Source: a virus
DNA length: 50,354 bases
IMG/VR virus record: IMGVR_UViG_3300020138_000002
Span: 1-50,354 of that record
Direction: 5' to 3' (one strand)
Below, one piece after another: positions 41,565 through 49,332 of this stretch. The notes beneath the pieces were generated by a model that saw only the letters and a program-made list of their open reading frames with translations, made no database searches and had not been told where the DNA came from. Each line of letters begins with the position of its first letter. Positions within the stretch are counted from its first letter, which is position 1. The position numbers and the translations under genes were made by a program.

Positions 41565-42023
41565 ATGAGCAACCACCAGGCGTACGGCACCGCCGATCTC
41601 GGCGCCGCACTCGGCGGGATGCCTGCGAGCCACGTCCGCAGGGCCCTGTACGAGGGGAATCTCCCCGAACCGGACCGTCGTCAGCCGCGCATCGAATGGC
41701 ACCAACCAAAGTGGGACTTGATCATGGGCGCCGTCCGGTCGGTGTCGATTCCGGTAGATCAGCTTCGCCGCGACCACGTCCGTCGTCCCGCTCGTGAACT
41801 CGCCCGGGTCATGCCGGTCCAGGCCGGGTCGATCCTGCGGCTGGCGTGTCTGGGTCGTATCGGGTATCGGAGTCCGTGGTCGCCGTCGGAGATCGTCCAG
41901 GATCTGGAGTTTCTCCGGGCAAGTCGCATGGTCCGTGTCGTCGAGCTCGATGGGTCGACGTATGTTGCCCCGTACTCAATCATGCCCGTATTGCGCGACG
42001 CAATCAATCATGGTATGATGTAG
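41565..42023 (+). CDS. hypothetical protein (152 aa)
   Basis: ORF with GAGAGGAATCAGA-ATG. Its 3' end contains the next promoter. Confidence 0.55.
   Translation: MSNHQAYGTADLGAALGGMPASHVRRALYEGNLPEPDRRQPRIEWHQPKWDLIMGAVRSVSIPVDQLRRDHVRRPARELARVMPVQAGSILRLACLGRIGYRSPWSPSEIVQDLEFLRASRMVRVVELDGSTYVAPYSIMPVLRDAINHGMM
41991..42019 (+). promoter_or_regulatory. early promoter copy embedded in the 3' end of 41565..42023: -35 TTGCGC, 17 nt, TGGTATGAT
   Basis: gtaTTGCGCgacgcaatcaatcaTGGTATGATgtagttatccgaacgttGAGGAGAACCACATG. Confidence 0.6.
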
Positions 42024-42048
42024 TTATCCGAACGTTGAGGAGAACCAC

Positions 42049-42228
42049 ATGTACGTCATCACCCGCCACCGCACCACCGACAACGGAATCGTCTGGAGCA
42101 ACACCGTCACCGCCTACGAGCGCGACGAACTCAAGTACGCCAAGCGCCGACTCGCGCAGGAGATCCGCGAGAACACCTACCCCAACGTGACCTTCTCGCT
42201 GGGATTCGTCCCCAACTACCCCGGATAG
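42049..42228 (+). CDS. small hypothetical protein (59 aa), below the track cutoff
   Basis: ATG 42049 is preceded by GAGGAGAACCAC and lies 30 nt after the -10. Product MYVITRHRTTDNGIVWSNTVTAYERDELKYAKRRLAQEIRENTYPNVTFSLGFVPNYPG. Hairpin 42241-42265 follows. Confidence 0.6.
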   Translation: MYVITRHRTTDNGIVWSNTVTAYERDELKYAKRRLAQEIRENTYPNVTFSLGFVPNYPG

Positions 42229-42240
42229 GAGATCGAATAC

Positions 42241-42265
42241 GGGGGCGACCGGCGTGGTCGCCCCC
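42241..42265 (+). terminator. hairpin (10-bp stem) after the 59-aa gene
   Basis: gggggcgacc (42241-50) pairs with ggtcgccccc (42256-65), loop ggcgt, no T tract. Confidence 0.4.
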
Positions 42266-42289
42266 ATCACAACAGATAAGGAGAACCAC

Positions 42290-42610
42290 ATGACCAGCAT
42301 CAACGACGCCGTCCGAACCGTCGCCGATCAGATGGACGGACGTATCCCCACCGTCCAGTCCGTCATGATCGCTATCCGCGAAGCGGCACGCCAGCACTAC
42401 CCGCCGCACCGCGAGATCACCGCCTGCCACCGGATCCAGCGGCACATCAGCCAACACATCCACGACGTCACCCCCTACGTCGACACCACCGGTGTTACTG
42501 GCGAGCTGATCCCCGCACTCCACCAGTGGATCAACCACTACAAGCCGTCACCGGCCGAAATGCGACGCGAGATCTACGCCGCCGCCGCGAAAATCTACGA
42601 CCTCACCTGA
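42290..42610 (+). CDS. hypothetical protein (106 aa)
   Basis: Trimmed to ATG 42290, preceded by AAGGAGAACCAC. Confidence 0.6.
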   Translation: MTSINDAVRTVADQMDGRIPTVQSVMIAIREAARQHYPPHREITACHRIQRHISQHIHDVTPYVDTTGVTGELIPALHQWINHYKPSPAEMRREIYAAAAKIYDLT

Positions 42611-42643
42611 CACCCACCCCAACACCGAGGACCACACACACCC

Positions 42644-44143
42644 ATGACCGCCATCGACCTGAACAACGCGATCGCGTGGGCCACTGACAACGTGGTCCTC
42701 GCGATCGCCACCATTATCTCCGCGCTATTCGCGGCCTTCCTGTCCTGGCTGATCATCGCCAGGCTCGTCCGACGCGCCGTCGGCGCCGCGAAGGTCACCG
42801 GACGCGCCGCCGCCCGACTTGATCTCGCCGCCGTCGGCGCCGCAGGAGTTGGACTTCTCGCCAGCCTCGCCTCACTAGAGGCGATGTGGGAGTTCCTGCG
42901 CCACGACCTCGGCATCACTGATACGTTTGTTCGGGCCGTCATCGTTGTCTTGTTCGATCTCGCCGCTGTCGTCGCCGCGCTACTGTCCCGCGAGGCACGC
43001 GTCCGAGCGCCCGGTCACCTCGGCGTAGACACGCTCCTGGTGTGGGCGATCGCGGGCCTTCTCGGCTATTTCGCCGCGTCTCATGCCGAGACCCCAGAAG
43101 GCTCCGTGTTTCGCGCCGCGGTCCCGGTATTGGCCGGGATCATGTGGGACCGCGTCATCGCCCGTGACGTCGCCCGTTCCGCCACCCTCGACAAGGCCCG
43201 CCTATCCACCATCACCGGACGAATCGTCGCCGGAATCCTCCGCGCCGTGTCTGCCGTGTGGCGATCGATCATGCGGACACTCGCTCGCCTCGGACTCGTC
43301 CAACCGGACCAGGACATCGCCGAGATTCAGCACGCACGGTGGCAGCGTCGGTTCATCAAGGTCGCGTCGATGGCGAAGTCTGCAGAGGGACGATACGAAC
43401 GGTTGGCTGCTGAGACCCCGCGAGACGAGAAGGAGCTCAAGCGAGCGACCGGACAACGTGACCGACTCTATGAGCGGTTCGACCGAACTGTCGCTGACGG
43501 TCTTCGTATCGGCGCCGTGACGACCCCAGAGGACCTCGAATCAGCCCTGTGGAAGGCCCGCGTGGCACTGAACGCGCGCGACATCCTCGATCAGGCTGGT
43601 TCGGATTCTCCGTGGCGTATCGCTGGCCGTTCGGTCGACCGGCCGATCGATGCGGAGGTGATCGATGGAGAAGTCATCGTCCGACCGGACCCGACCGACC
43701 GACCAGTCGACCGATCGGTCACCACCGTGACCGACCGACCGAACGAACCCGAACCGACCGGGACCGACCGACCAGACGACCGGCCGGACGACCGACCGAC
43801 CGACGACACCCCGATCGAACCGACCGACATCATCAACCGGCCGAACCGACCGACCGGTCGCGACCTCGACCGACCGACCGACCGAGCGGACGTGAACATC
43901 CACATCACCGTCACGACCGACCGCGAGACACAATTCATTCGGACCCTCGCCGAACTCGTCCTCGAGCAAGGCGTCACCGAGCTCCCATCCCAAGCGCGAC
44001 TCGCCACAGCCGCCGAGCTTTCGAAGAGCACCGTCGGCGACATCATCCGCCGGTGGGGAATCCCCAAACAGATCACCGACGAGGTCGCCGCCGCCATCGA
44101 AACCGTCGCCAACGCCATCAACCGCGAAAACGCCACCAGGTAG
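42644..44143 (+). CDS. polytopic membrane protein (DUF2637/Spd-like N-terminus), DRP-rich linker, C-terminal HTH (499 aa)
   Basis: 4-5 predicted TM helices in residues 1-190 (VVLAIATIISALFAAFLSWLIIA; LAAVGAAGVGLLASLASL; VIVVLFDLAAVVAALL; LLVWAIAGLLGYFAA; AAVPVLAGIMW). Then a charged coiled region. Then PDPTDRPVDRS...TDRPDDRPDDRPTDD repeats. Then the C-terminal QARLATAAELSKSTVGDIIRRWGI. Confidence 0.6.
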   Translation: MTAIDLNNAIAWATDNVVLAIATIISALFAAFLSWLIIARLVRRAVGAAKVTGRAAARLDLAAVGAAGVGLLASLASLEAMWEFLRHDLGITDTFVRAVIVVLFDLAAVVAALLSREARVRAPGHLGVDTLLVWAIAGLLGYFAASHAETPEGSVFRAAVPVLAGIMWDRVIARDVARSATLDKARLSTITGRIVAGILRAVSAVWRSIMRTLARLGLVQPDQDIAEIQHARWQRRFIKVASMAKSAEGRYERLAAETPRDEKELKRATGQRDRLYERFDRTVADGLRIGAVTTPEDLESALWKARVALNARDILDQAGSDSPWRIAGRSVDRPIDAEVIDGEVIVRPDPTDRPVDRSVTTVTDRPNEPEPTGTDRPDDRPDDRPTDDTPIEPTDIINRPNRPTGRDLDRPTDRADVNIHITVTTDRETQFIRTLAELVLEQGVTELPSQARLATAAELSKSTVGDIIRRWGIPKQITDEVAAAIETVANAINRENATR

Positions 44144-44237
44144 ACGCATCTAGACGCGTCTCACCTAGACGCCTCTACCCAAACATCACCCATAACCAGC
44201 AGAAACACCACGAACCCAGAACAGGAGACTCTAGACG
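44141..44237 (+). promoter_or_regulatory. TAGACG iterons in the intergenic region upstream of the FtsK-like operon
   Basis: TAGACG occurs at 44141, 44151, 44166 and 44232. The copy at 44151 is part of the 12-bp palindrome tagacgcgtcta, and the last copy abuts GTG 44237. Confidence 0.45.
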
Positions 44238-44533
44238 TGTCTACCTCACCATTGAGCATCAGCAACGCTGAGAGCTACTGGGACCAGCTCGGCGACACGA
44301 TGCACCGCATCCTCCGCAGCACCCAGGACGGCACGATCCTCCCCGACAGCATCGACGGTCAAACCGACGAATGCGGAGCGCTCGTCGAAGAGATCCAGGA
44401 CAACCTCAGGGCGCTGATGATCGCGTCGCGGGCGCTGGCCGGGATCTACCGCAAAGCCCGCTTGAAAGCTCCCGGTGATCTCGCGGATGCGCAGGTCAAA
44501 CCCCGCGAACACGTGCATGGGGCTTTGCGGTGA
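44237..44533 (+). CDS. hypothetical protein (98 aa)
   Basis: GTG start after CAGGAGACTCTAGAC. GTGA overlap with the next gene. Confidence 0.5.
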   Translation: MSTSPLSISNAESYWDQLGDTMHRILRSTQDGTILPDSIDGQTDECGALVEEIQDNLRALMIASRALAGIYRKARLKAPGDLADAQVKPREHVHGALR

Positions 44534-45534
44534 GTGCCGAAGGCGCCAGGTACTACCTGGCTCAGGCGGGCATGGCCGCGGCGACCGGGTGGACCGGTGT
44601 CGCCTCGGCTGTCGGCGTCGTCCCGGCGGCGATCGGGGCGGCGGCGGCGGGTGCGGCGGCCGGGGCGGTTGCGTTGGAACGGCGCCGCCGGACCGCGAAG
44701 TCGGGCCGGTCATCGTCCGGTCGGTCGATCGGGTCTCGGTCGGGACGACCGGGGGCCGGTCGGATCGGTCGGGCGCTGAACCGGTTGCGTGGCCGACCGG
44801 CCGGGACGGGTAAGGCAGCGTCCGGCCGACCGGCCGGTCGGAAACGACCGACCGGGACCGGTCGACCGACCGGACGGAACCGGTCACGAATGGTCGACCG
44901 GAAACGACCGACCGGAACCGGTCGACCGGGCGCCGGGAAAAGACCGACCGGAACCGGCCGGAAACCTCCCGGTCGACCGGGAGGAACCGGCCGACCGACC
45001 GCGACGAAAAAACCGACCGGGACCGGAGCCAAGAAGACCCCGAAAAAACCGACCGGGACCGGATCGAAACCGGCCACCGACCGGTCAATCAAGACCACAA
45101 CCAACACCAAAACGGAGAAAAGGGAGAAAACCATGAGCCAGGAACAGACCCGCAAATCCATCGGAAGCTACGACCCTCAGACGAGGATGATGACTCAGGT
45201 GATCGAGGACCTTAGCGCCTCCCTCAACACCGTCGACTGGAGAGGAGAGCAGGCTGGTCTGATCTACGGCATGTCTGTCCTCCAGGACCTGCAAGGAGCG
45301 CTTGAGGAGTACAGCAAGATCATTCGGTCGGTCGCCTCCGGTTTTGACCGTCCCGGTCTCGATCCGCGAATCACACAGGGACTGTCCGATTTGGCGTCGA
45401 ACGAAGCGGTAGCCGCGAACGACGTCGCCACCCTGATCACGGCGATCCAAATGTTCCATGCGGCCGACCTCGAACGCATGGAATCGGATGCCACGAACGC
45501 GCTCGACCGTCAAACCAACATGGACAGCATGTAG
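44530..45534 (+). CDS. membrane-anchored, extremely basic P(T/A/G)GTG-repeat protein with a globular C-terminal domain (334 aa)
   Basis: N-terminal hydrophobic span (AAATGWTGVASAVGVVPAAIGAAAAGAAAGAVAL), then seven (K/R)(K/R)P(T/A/G)GTG units, then a helical domain of about 130 aa. An in-frame internal ATG at 45133 has its own GGGAGAAAACC context. Confidence 0.55.
   Translation: MSAEGARYYLAQAGMAAATGWTGVASAVGVVPAAIGAAAAGAAAGAVALERRRRTAKSGRSSSGRSIGSRSGRPGAGRIGRALNRLRGRPAGTGKAASGRPAGRKRPTGTGRPTGRNRSRMVDRKRPTGTGRPGAGKRPTGTGRKPPGRPGGTGRPTATKKPTGTGAKKTPKKPTGTGSKPATDRSIKTTTNTKTEKREKTMSQEQTRKSIGSYDPQTRMMTQVIEDLSASLNTVDWRGEQAGLIYGMSVLQDLQGALEEYSKIIRSVASGFDRPGLDPRITQGLSDLASNEAVAANDVATLITAIQMFHAADLERMESDATNALDRQTNMDSM
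44790..45075. repeat. degenerate tandem DNA repeats ACCGACCGG(G/A)ACCGG with embedded perfect palindromes
   Basis: aaacgaccgaccggGaccggtcgacc (from 44842) and aaacgaccgaccggAaccggtcgacc (from 44902), a 60-bp period. Further copies at about 44942, 45012 and 45049. A 20-bp perfect palindrome cctcccggtcgaccgggagg lies at 44965-44984. Confidence 0.85.
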
Positions 45535-45543
45535 CCACTCGAC

Positions 45544-45569
45544 GGGGCGCACCGGGATCGGTGCGCCCC
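45544..45569 (+). terminator. hairpin between the repeat-protein gene and the FtsK-like gene
   Basis: ggggcgcaccg (45544-54) pairs with cggtgcgcccc (45559-69), loop ggat, no T tract. It may be an attenuator or processing site rather than a full stop. Confidence 0.4.
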
Positions 45570-45591
45570 CCAACACCGGAAGGCATCCGAC

Positions 45592-47970
45592 ATGACCGAC
45601 ACCACCACTGACGGCACGACGCCCGGCACGGATAAACCCGTCACCATCAACCTGCCGAAACCCGACCGCCAACCCACCCGGTCCGCCGCCCGTGAACGTC
45701 TCCGCGACATCGACCCGCCACGAGAGTGGATACGCCACCCCATCACCGCCGCCAACGCGCTCCTGCTGACCGCCGCCGTCATGTACCTGATCCGTCCCGA
45801 CGGGTTCTCTCTCCCGGAGTCACCCGGTACCGGTATCGCCGTCATCCTGAGCATCGTCATTGGGATCGTCCTCGCGTCGGGCCTCTCGTTCGGGGTCGGT
45901 CTCGCCCGAACTGATGACCCCGTCCGAGCATGGTCGCTAGGCGCCTCCGTGTTCGCGGCCGCCGCGTGGCTCGTCATCACCGTCATGACCGGCGGCGTGT
46001 GGACCATCGTGGGGATAGCGACGTTCTCCGCGATCCTCGCGGTCACGATGATGATCTACGCGGCCGTATCAGTCCGGACCCGACGTGAAGCGCTCCGAGC
46101 GAGCGCCGAACGGTCAGTTGAACGCGCCGAGCGTCGCCGCCACGAATGGGACGCGATCCTGGAGCGCGCCAAGGTCAAAGGAGTGAAGGTCGTCGGAGAA
46201 TCGCGGCTGGACAACGGCGGCGGACGGATCTACGAGCTCGACATCGAGGACGGGTCTTCGGGTATCGCCGGCCTGAACTCTGCGCTCGACCGGATCGCCT
46301 CCGCGGCGTCCCGTGTCGTGTCCTACCCGATCACGCCACGGTCTCTGACCGTACGCCCGCATTCCAGCGGAAAACTGCACCTGTGCGAACTCGTCGTCCT
46401 CGAACGCGACGTCCTCGCCGAGAACATCGCTCTCCCGGCTGACCTGTACTCCACACGCGGGACCGTCCTCGATGACTACGAGGTCGGCCGTGACGTGACC
46501 TCGGCTCCGGTCCTGATCGACCGCAGGCAGGGGCACGAATTTATTGCCGGTATGACCGACGGCGGTAAATCCACAGCGATGGAGGTCCGCATGATCCAGG
46601 ACATTCTCCGGCCGGACACGGTCGTGTGGGTGATCGCACCGGACAAGGGCGCTCGACTGGTCGGTCCCTACCTCCTCCCGTACCTGACCGGAGAGAATCG
46701 GACCGCTCGACCAGCGATCGACTGGATCGCCCTCGACGAGGCTGAGGCGGCGATGATGCTGGCGGACACTCTGCGCGCGATCAACCAGCGGCAGCGACGA
46801 CTCGGCGCCGACGGGCAGGGGTGGAAGCCAACGCCGTCCGACCCCGCAATCTCTATCTACATTGACGAGTCGGTCGGGATGTTGAACTCTCGGCAGTCGT
46901 ACCCCGACCACACGGGTCGGATGCGCACACCTGGTCAGCTCGTGACGGACGTGACCCGGCTAGCACGGTCCGAATGGATCACGGTCACGCTGGCGAGCCA
47001 GCGTGTCACCGCGACGATGACCGGTCCTGACGCGTCCAACATCAAATCGCAGATGCGGATCCGGACGGCGTTCGGGGCCGCTAAAGGAAACGAGGGGTTT
47101 GAGGCCGCGGGACTATTCGGGGCGGACTCTGGACGGCTTCGTCTGGCGGGACTGCCGCCGGGCGCGTACGCGATCACCGATGAACGGCACCGCCGCGTCC
47201 CGGAGGTCATCAAAGGCTACAACGTGTCCCCGGAGATCAGGACCGGAGCCGTACGCAACGCGGATCGTCTCGAGACGCACGCGATCCTCGATGAGTACAC
47301 GGCAGGTGCCCTGAAGACCTATGCTGGCCGGTGGACACGCGATAGCCAAGTGCAGCAGGTCCGAGACATCATCACCGGGTCCGGGCGTGATGTCGACGAC
47401 GACGTTCTCGACGAACTCGCGTTGACCGACCCAACGAACGTCGGGAAAAGGACGTCCCGGATCGATCCTCCCCGAGACGAGCACGGCAACCCGACGCGTC
47501 GTCGTGATGCCGCTGAATCATTGGCCGAGGAGATCAAACGTATCCAGTCCGCTGAGAGGTCGTCGCGGGTCGCAGCGGCCGCCGACGGGGCCGTCCCGGA
47601 CGACGACGAGTTGCAGGTGTGGTTCGCCATGGACGCCAACAACGAAGACGCCGACGACGACGTTCTTCCGCCGGTGTCTCCCGAAGCGCTGGATGTCGCC
47701 GCCGCGATCCGATCGAGTGGCATCCTCGATACCGGAGACGAGTGGGTCCCGTTCCGGCGCGTCGTTGAGGCCGTTTGTGACGAGATGGGATGGGCGGCGT
47801 TGAACGATAATGGCCGTCCGAACAAGGCGACGGACGGCCGAGTGTCTCGAGCGATCAGTGAGCTGGACCCGGAGATCGAGACGCGGCAAAAGTTCGCATC
47901 CCGCGTCGCTGCCTATGAGGTTGCTCGGTTGGCGGCTGCGGTCAATGCGCGACGAGAGGACACCGAGTGA
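45592..47970 (+). CDS. membrane-anchored FtsK/SpoIIIE-family (TraB-like) DNA translocase (792 aa)
   Basis: About four N-terminal TM helices (residues 55-165). Walker A GHEFIAGMTDGGKSTAM, Walker B PAISIYIDESVGML. A winged-helix-like C-terminal region (WVPFRRVVEAVCDEMGW...RVSRAISEL). Confidence 0.8.
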   Translation: MTDTTTDGTTPGTDKPVTINLPKPDRQPTRSAARERLRDIDPPREWIRHPITAANALLLTAAVMYLIRPDGFSLPESPGTGIAVILSIVIGIVLASGLSFGVGLARTDDPVRAWSLGASVFAAAAWLVITVMTGGVWTIVGIATFSAILAVTMMIYAAVSVRTRREALRASAERSVERAERRRHEWDAILERAKVKGVKVVGESRLDNGGGRIYELDIEDGSSGIAGLNSALDRIASAASRVVSYPITPRSLTVRPHSSGKLHLCELVVLERDVLAENIALPADLYSTRGTVLDDYEVGRDVTSAPVLIDRRQGHEFIAGMTDGGKSTAMEVRMIQDILRPDTVVWVIAPDKGARLVGPYLLPYLTGENRTARPAIDWIALDEAEAAMMLADTLRAINQRQRRLGADGQGWKPTPSDPAISIYIDESVGMLNSRQSYPDHTGRMRTPGQLVTDVTRLARSEWITVTLASQRVTATMTGPDASNIKSQMRIRTAFGAAKGNEGFEAAGLFGADSGRLRLAGLPPGAYAITDERHRRVPEVIKGYNVSPEIRTGAVRNADRLETHAILDEYTAGALKTYAGRWTRDSQVQQVRDIITGSGRDVDDDVLDELALTDPTNVGKRTSRIDPPRDEHGNPTRRRDAAESLAEEIKRIQSAERSSRVAAAADGAVPDDDELQVWFAMDANNEDADDDVLPPVSPEALDVAAAIRSSGILDTGDEWVPFRRVVEAVCDEMGWAALNDNGRPNKATDGRVSRAISELDPEIETRQKFASRVAAYEVARLAAAVNARREDTE

Positions 47971-48113
47971 TGATGGACGACATGGACAAGTCGATGAAAC
48001 GAGTTGACGTGGGATCTCATCTGGAAGCGGAGATGGAGCGTTACCAGTGTGAGGAGGCCGATCGAGAAGCTCGGGTCAGCGCCCTGTATGCGTCGATTCG
48101 GCGTTGGCGGTAG
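47970..48113 (+). CDS. possible micro-protein (47 aa)
   Basis: ATG 47970 overlaps the FtsK-like TGA (TGATG). Product MMDDMDKSMKRVDVGSHLEAEMERYQCEEADREARVSALYASIRRWR. It ends 14 nt before the terminator. Confidence 0.35.
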   Translation: MMDDMDKSMKRVDVGSHLEAEMERYQCEEADREARVSALYASIRRWR

Positions 48114-48126
48114 TTGGCCATAGGGG

Positions 48127-48155
48127 AGGCCACCCGGTTTCGGGTGGCCTTTTCC
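48127..48155 (+). terminator. rho-independent terminator ending the FtsK-like operon
   Basis: aggccacccg (48127-36) pairs with cgggtggcct (48141-50), loop gttt, followed by tttcc. Confidence 0.75.
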
Positions 48156-48162
48156 GCGCCCC

Positions 48163-48192
48163 TTGCGTTTCCCTAATTCATCATGGTATGGT
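48163..48192 (+). promoter_or_regulatory. conserved early promoter copy: TTGCGT, 18 nt, TGGTATGGT
   Basis: ccccTTGCGTttccctaattcatcaTGGTATGGTgta. Confidence 0.75.
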
Positions 48193-48237
48193 GTATGTGA
48201 TCGAAACGTTCGACCGCACAGAACACAGGAGAACCAC

Positions 48238-48372
48238 ATGGCCAACGTCGTACTCATCTGCTACGTCTGCCCCAACGAATCGACCTACCCGAAGCGGTCG
48301 ACCGTCCGCCGTGACGCCGCCAGCGACGGGTGGACGTTCGACGGACTCTGGTACTGCCCCGACCACAGCTGA
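48238..48372 (+). CDS. small Cys-motif (zinc-ribbon-like) protein (44 aa)
   Basis: Trimmed to ATG 48238, preceded by CAGGAGAACCAC. Product MANVVLICYVCPNESTYPKRSTVRRDAASDGWTFDGLWYCPDHS. Confidence 0.6.
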   Translation: MANVVLICYVCPNESTYPKRSTVRRDAASDGWTFDGLWYCPDHS

Positions 48373-48444
48373 CAATTGACCGTTCCCGTGGCCACCGGAC
48401 ACGATCCGGTGGCCACGCGGGACCAGCCAAGACAGGAGAACCAC

Positions 48445-49251
48445 ATGAACAACAGCACCGACTACCAGCTGCTCCTCCTCGACGACCACTTCCCTGTCGG
48501 CGAATACCAGGATGACGACGCAAACGAGTGGGTACTCGAGCACAAAGGCGAGTTCGTCGCCAACGTCGACGGCCACGATCACGCGACCCGTGTTCTCGCC
48601 GAACGTCTCGGTGTCGACGCCAGCCGGATCGAGCTCGTGCAGATCGACTTGTCCGAGTACCGTCAGGACGCGCCCGAATACGCGGTCGACGCGATAAACG
48701 TCGTCGTCCACCCGACGTCCGATTGGACGCCGACGATGCACGGCCCCGGCGCGTACGACACCGACGACTCTCGACCGTCCTGGATCGGAACCGCCAACGG
48801 ATGGGTGTGGGAGTGCGGACACCCGGGATGCGGACAGCAGGTGATGCTCGGTCACGTCGGTCACGAGCGCCTCGTCTGCGTGAAGAAGAGCGACATCACT
48901 CACGACGACACGATCGATCGCCTGTGGGGCGACGAATGGTCCGTAAGCAAGGACGGTCTCCGCTGCTACGACCACTCGCCCGAGACGCCCGAAGATAAGC
49001 CGGTACCCAGGCTCAACAAGCGTCTTGTCGTCGCGGCCGGAATCAAGGCGCCCATCCCCGCGATCGTTTGTTCCGGGTGCGGGACTGTGCACATGGTGAT
49101 GGATCCGGATGACGGGTACACGCACCCGTCGTGGATTGCCAATGCCGAGTCGATCACCGTCGATGACCTCGAGGACTGCGGTATCGGGTACGACGACGAC
49201 TGGATCGTAACCCCGGACGGTCCGGTGTGTGAGGACTGTCAGGTCCGCTAG
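48445..49251 (+). CDS. hypothetical Cys-rich protein (268 aa)
   Basis: Trimmed to ATG 48445, preceded by CAGGAGAACCAC. It carries several CxxC-type pairs (CGHPGCG, CSGCG, CEDC). Confidence 0.6.
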   Translation: MNNSTDYQLLLLDDHFPVGEYQDDDANEWVLEHKGEFVANVDGHDHATRVLAERLGVDASRIELVQIDLSEYRQDAPEYAVDAINVVVHPTSDWTPTMHGPGAYDTDDSRPSWIGTANGWVWECGHPGCGQQVMLGHVGHERLVCVKKSDITHDDTIDRLWGDEWSVSKDGLRCYDHSPETPEDKPVPRLNKRLVVAAGIKAPIPAIVCSGCGTVHMVMDPDDGYTHPSWIANAESITVDDLEDCGIGYDDDWIVTPDGPVCEDCQVR

Positions 49252-49270
49252 ACGGACGTTACAGAGCGCA

Positions 49271-49302
49271 GAGGGGCCGCAACCGATTGGTTGCGGCCCC
49301 TC
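49271..49302. terminator. bidirectional terminator between convergent genes
   Basis: A perfect 14-bp stem: gaggggccgcaacc (49271-84) with ggttgcggcccctc (49289-302), loop gatt. Confidence 0.7.
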
Positions 49303-49332
49303 GAACGTTCCCCGCCCCGCCCTACCGACGCC

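Noticed and set aside
43541-45161. Alternative-frame ORFs over the GACC-repeat region (e.g. 43549..44271 +, 44246..45088 -, 44562..45161 -), and the possibility of a CRISPR-like array
   Set aside because: The repeats are short (8-16 nt), degenerate, contiguous and lie in frame within coding sequence. They have no unique spacers of constant length. The alternative frames are Arg/Pro-rich and overlap better-supported genes.
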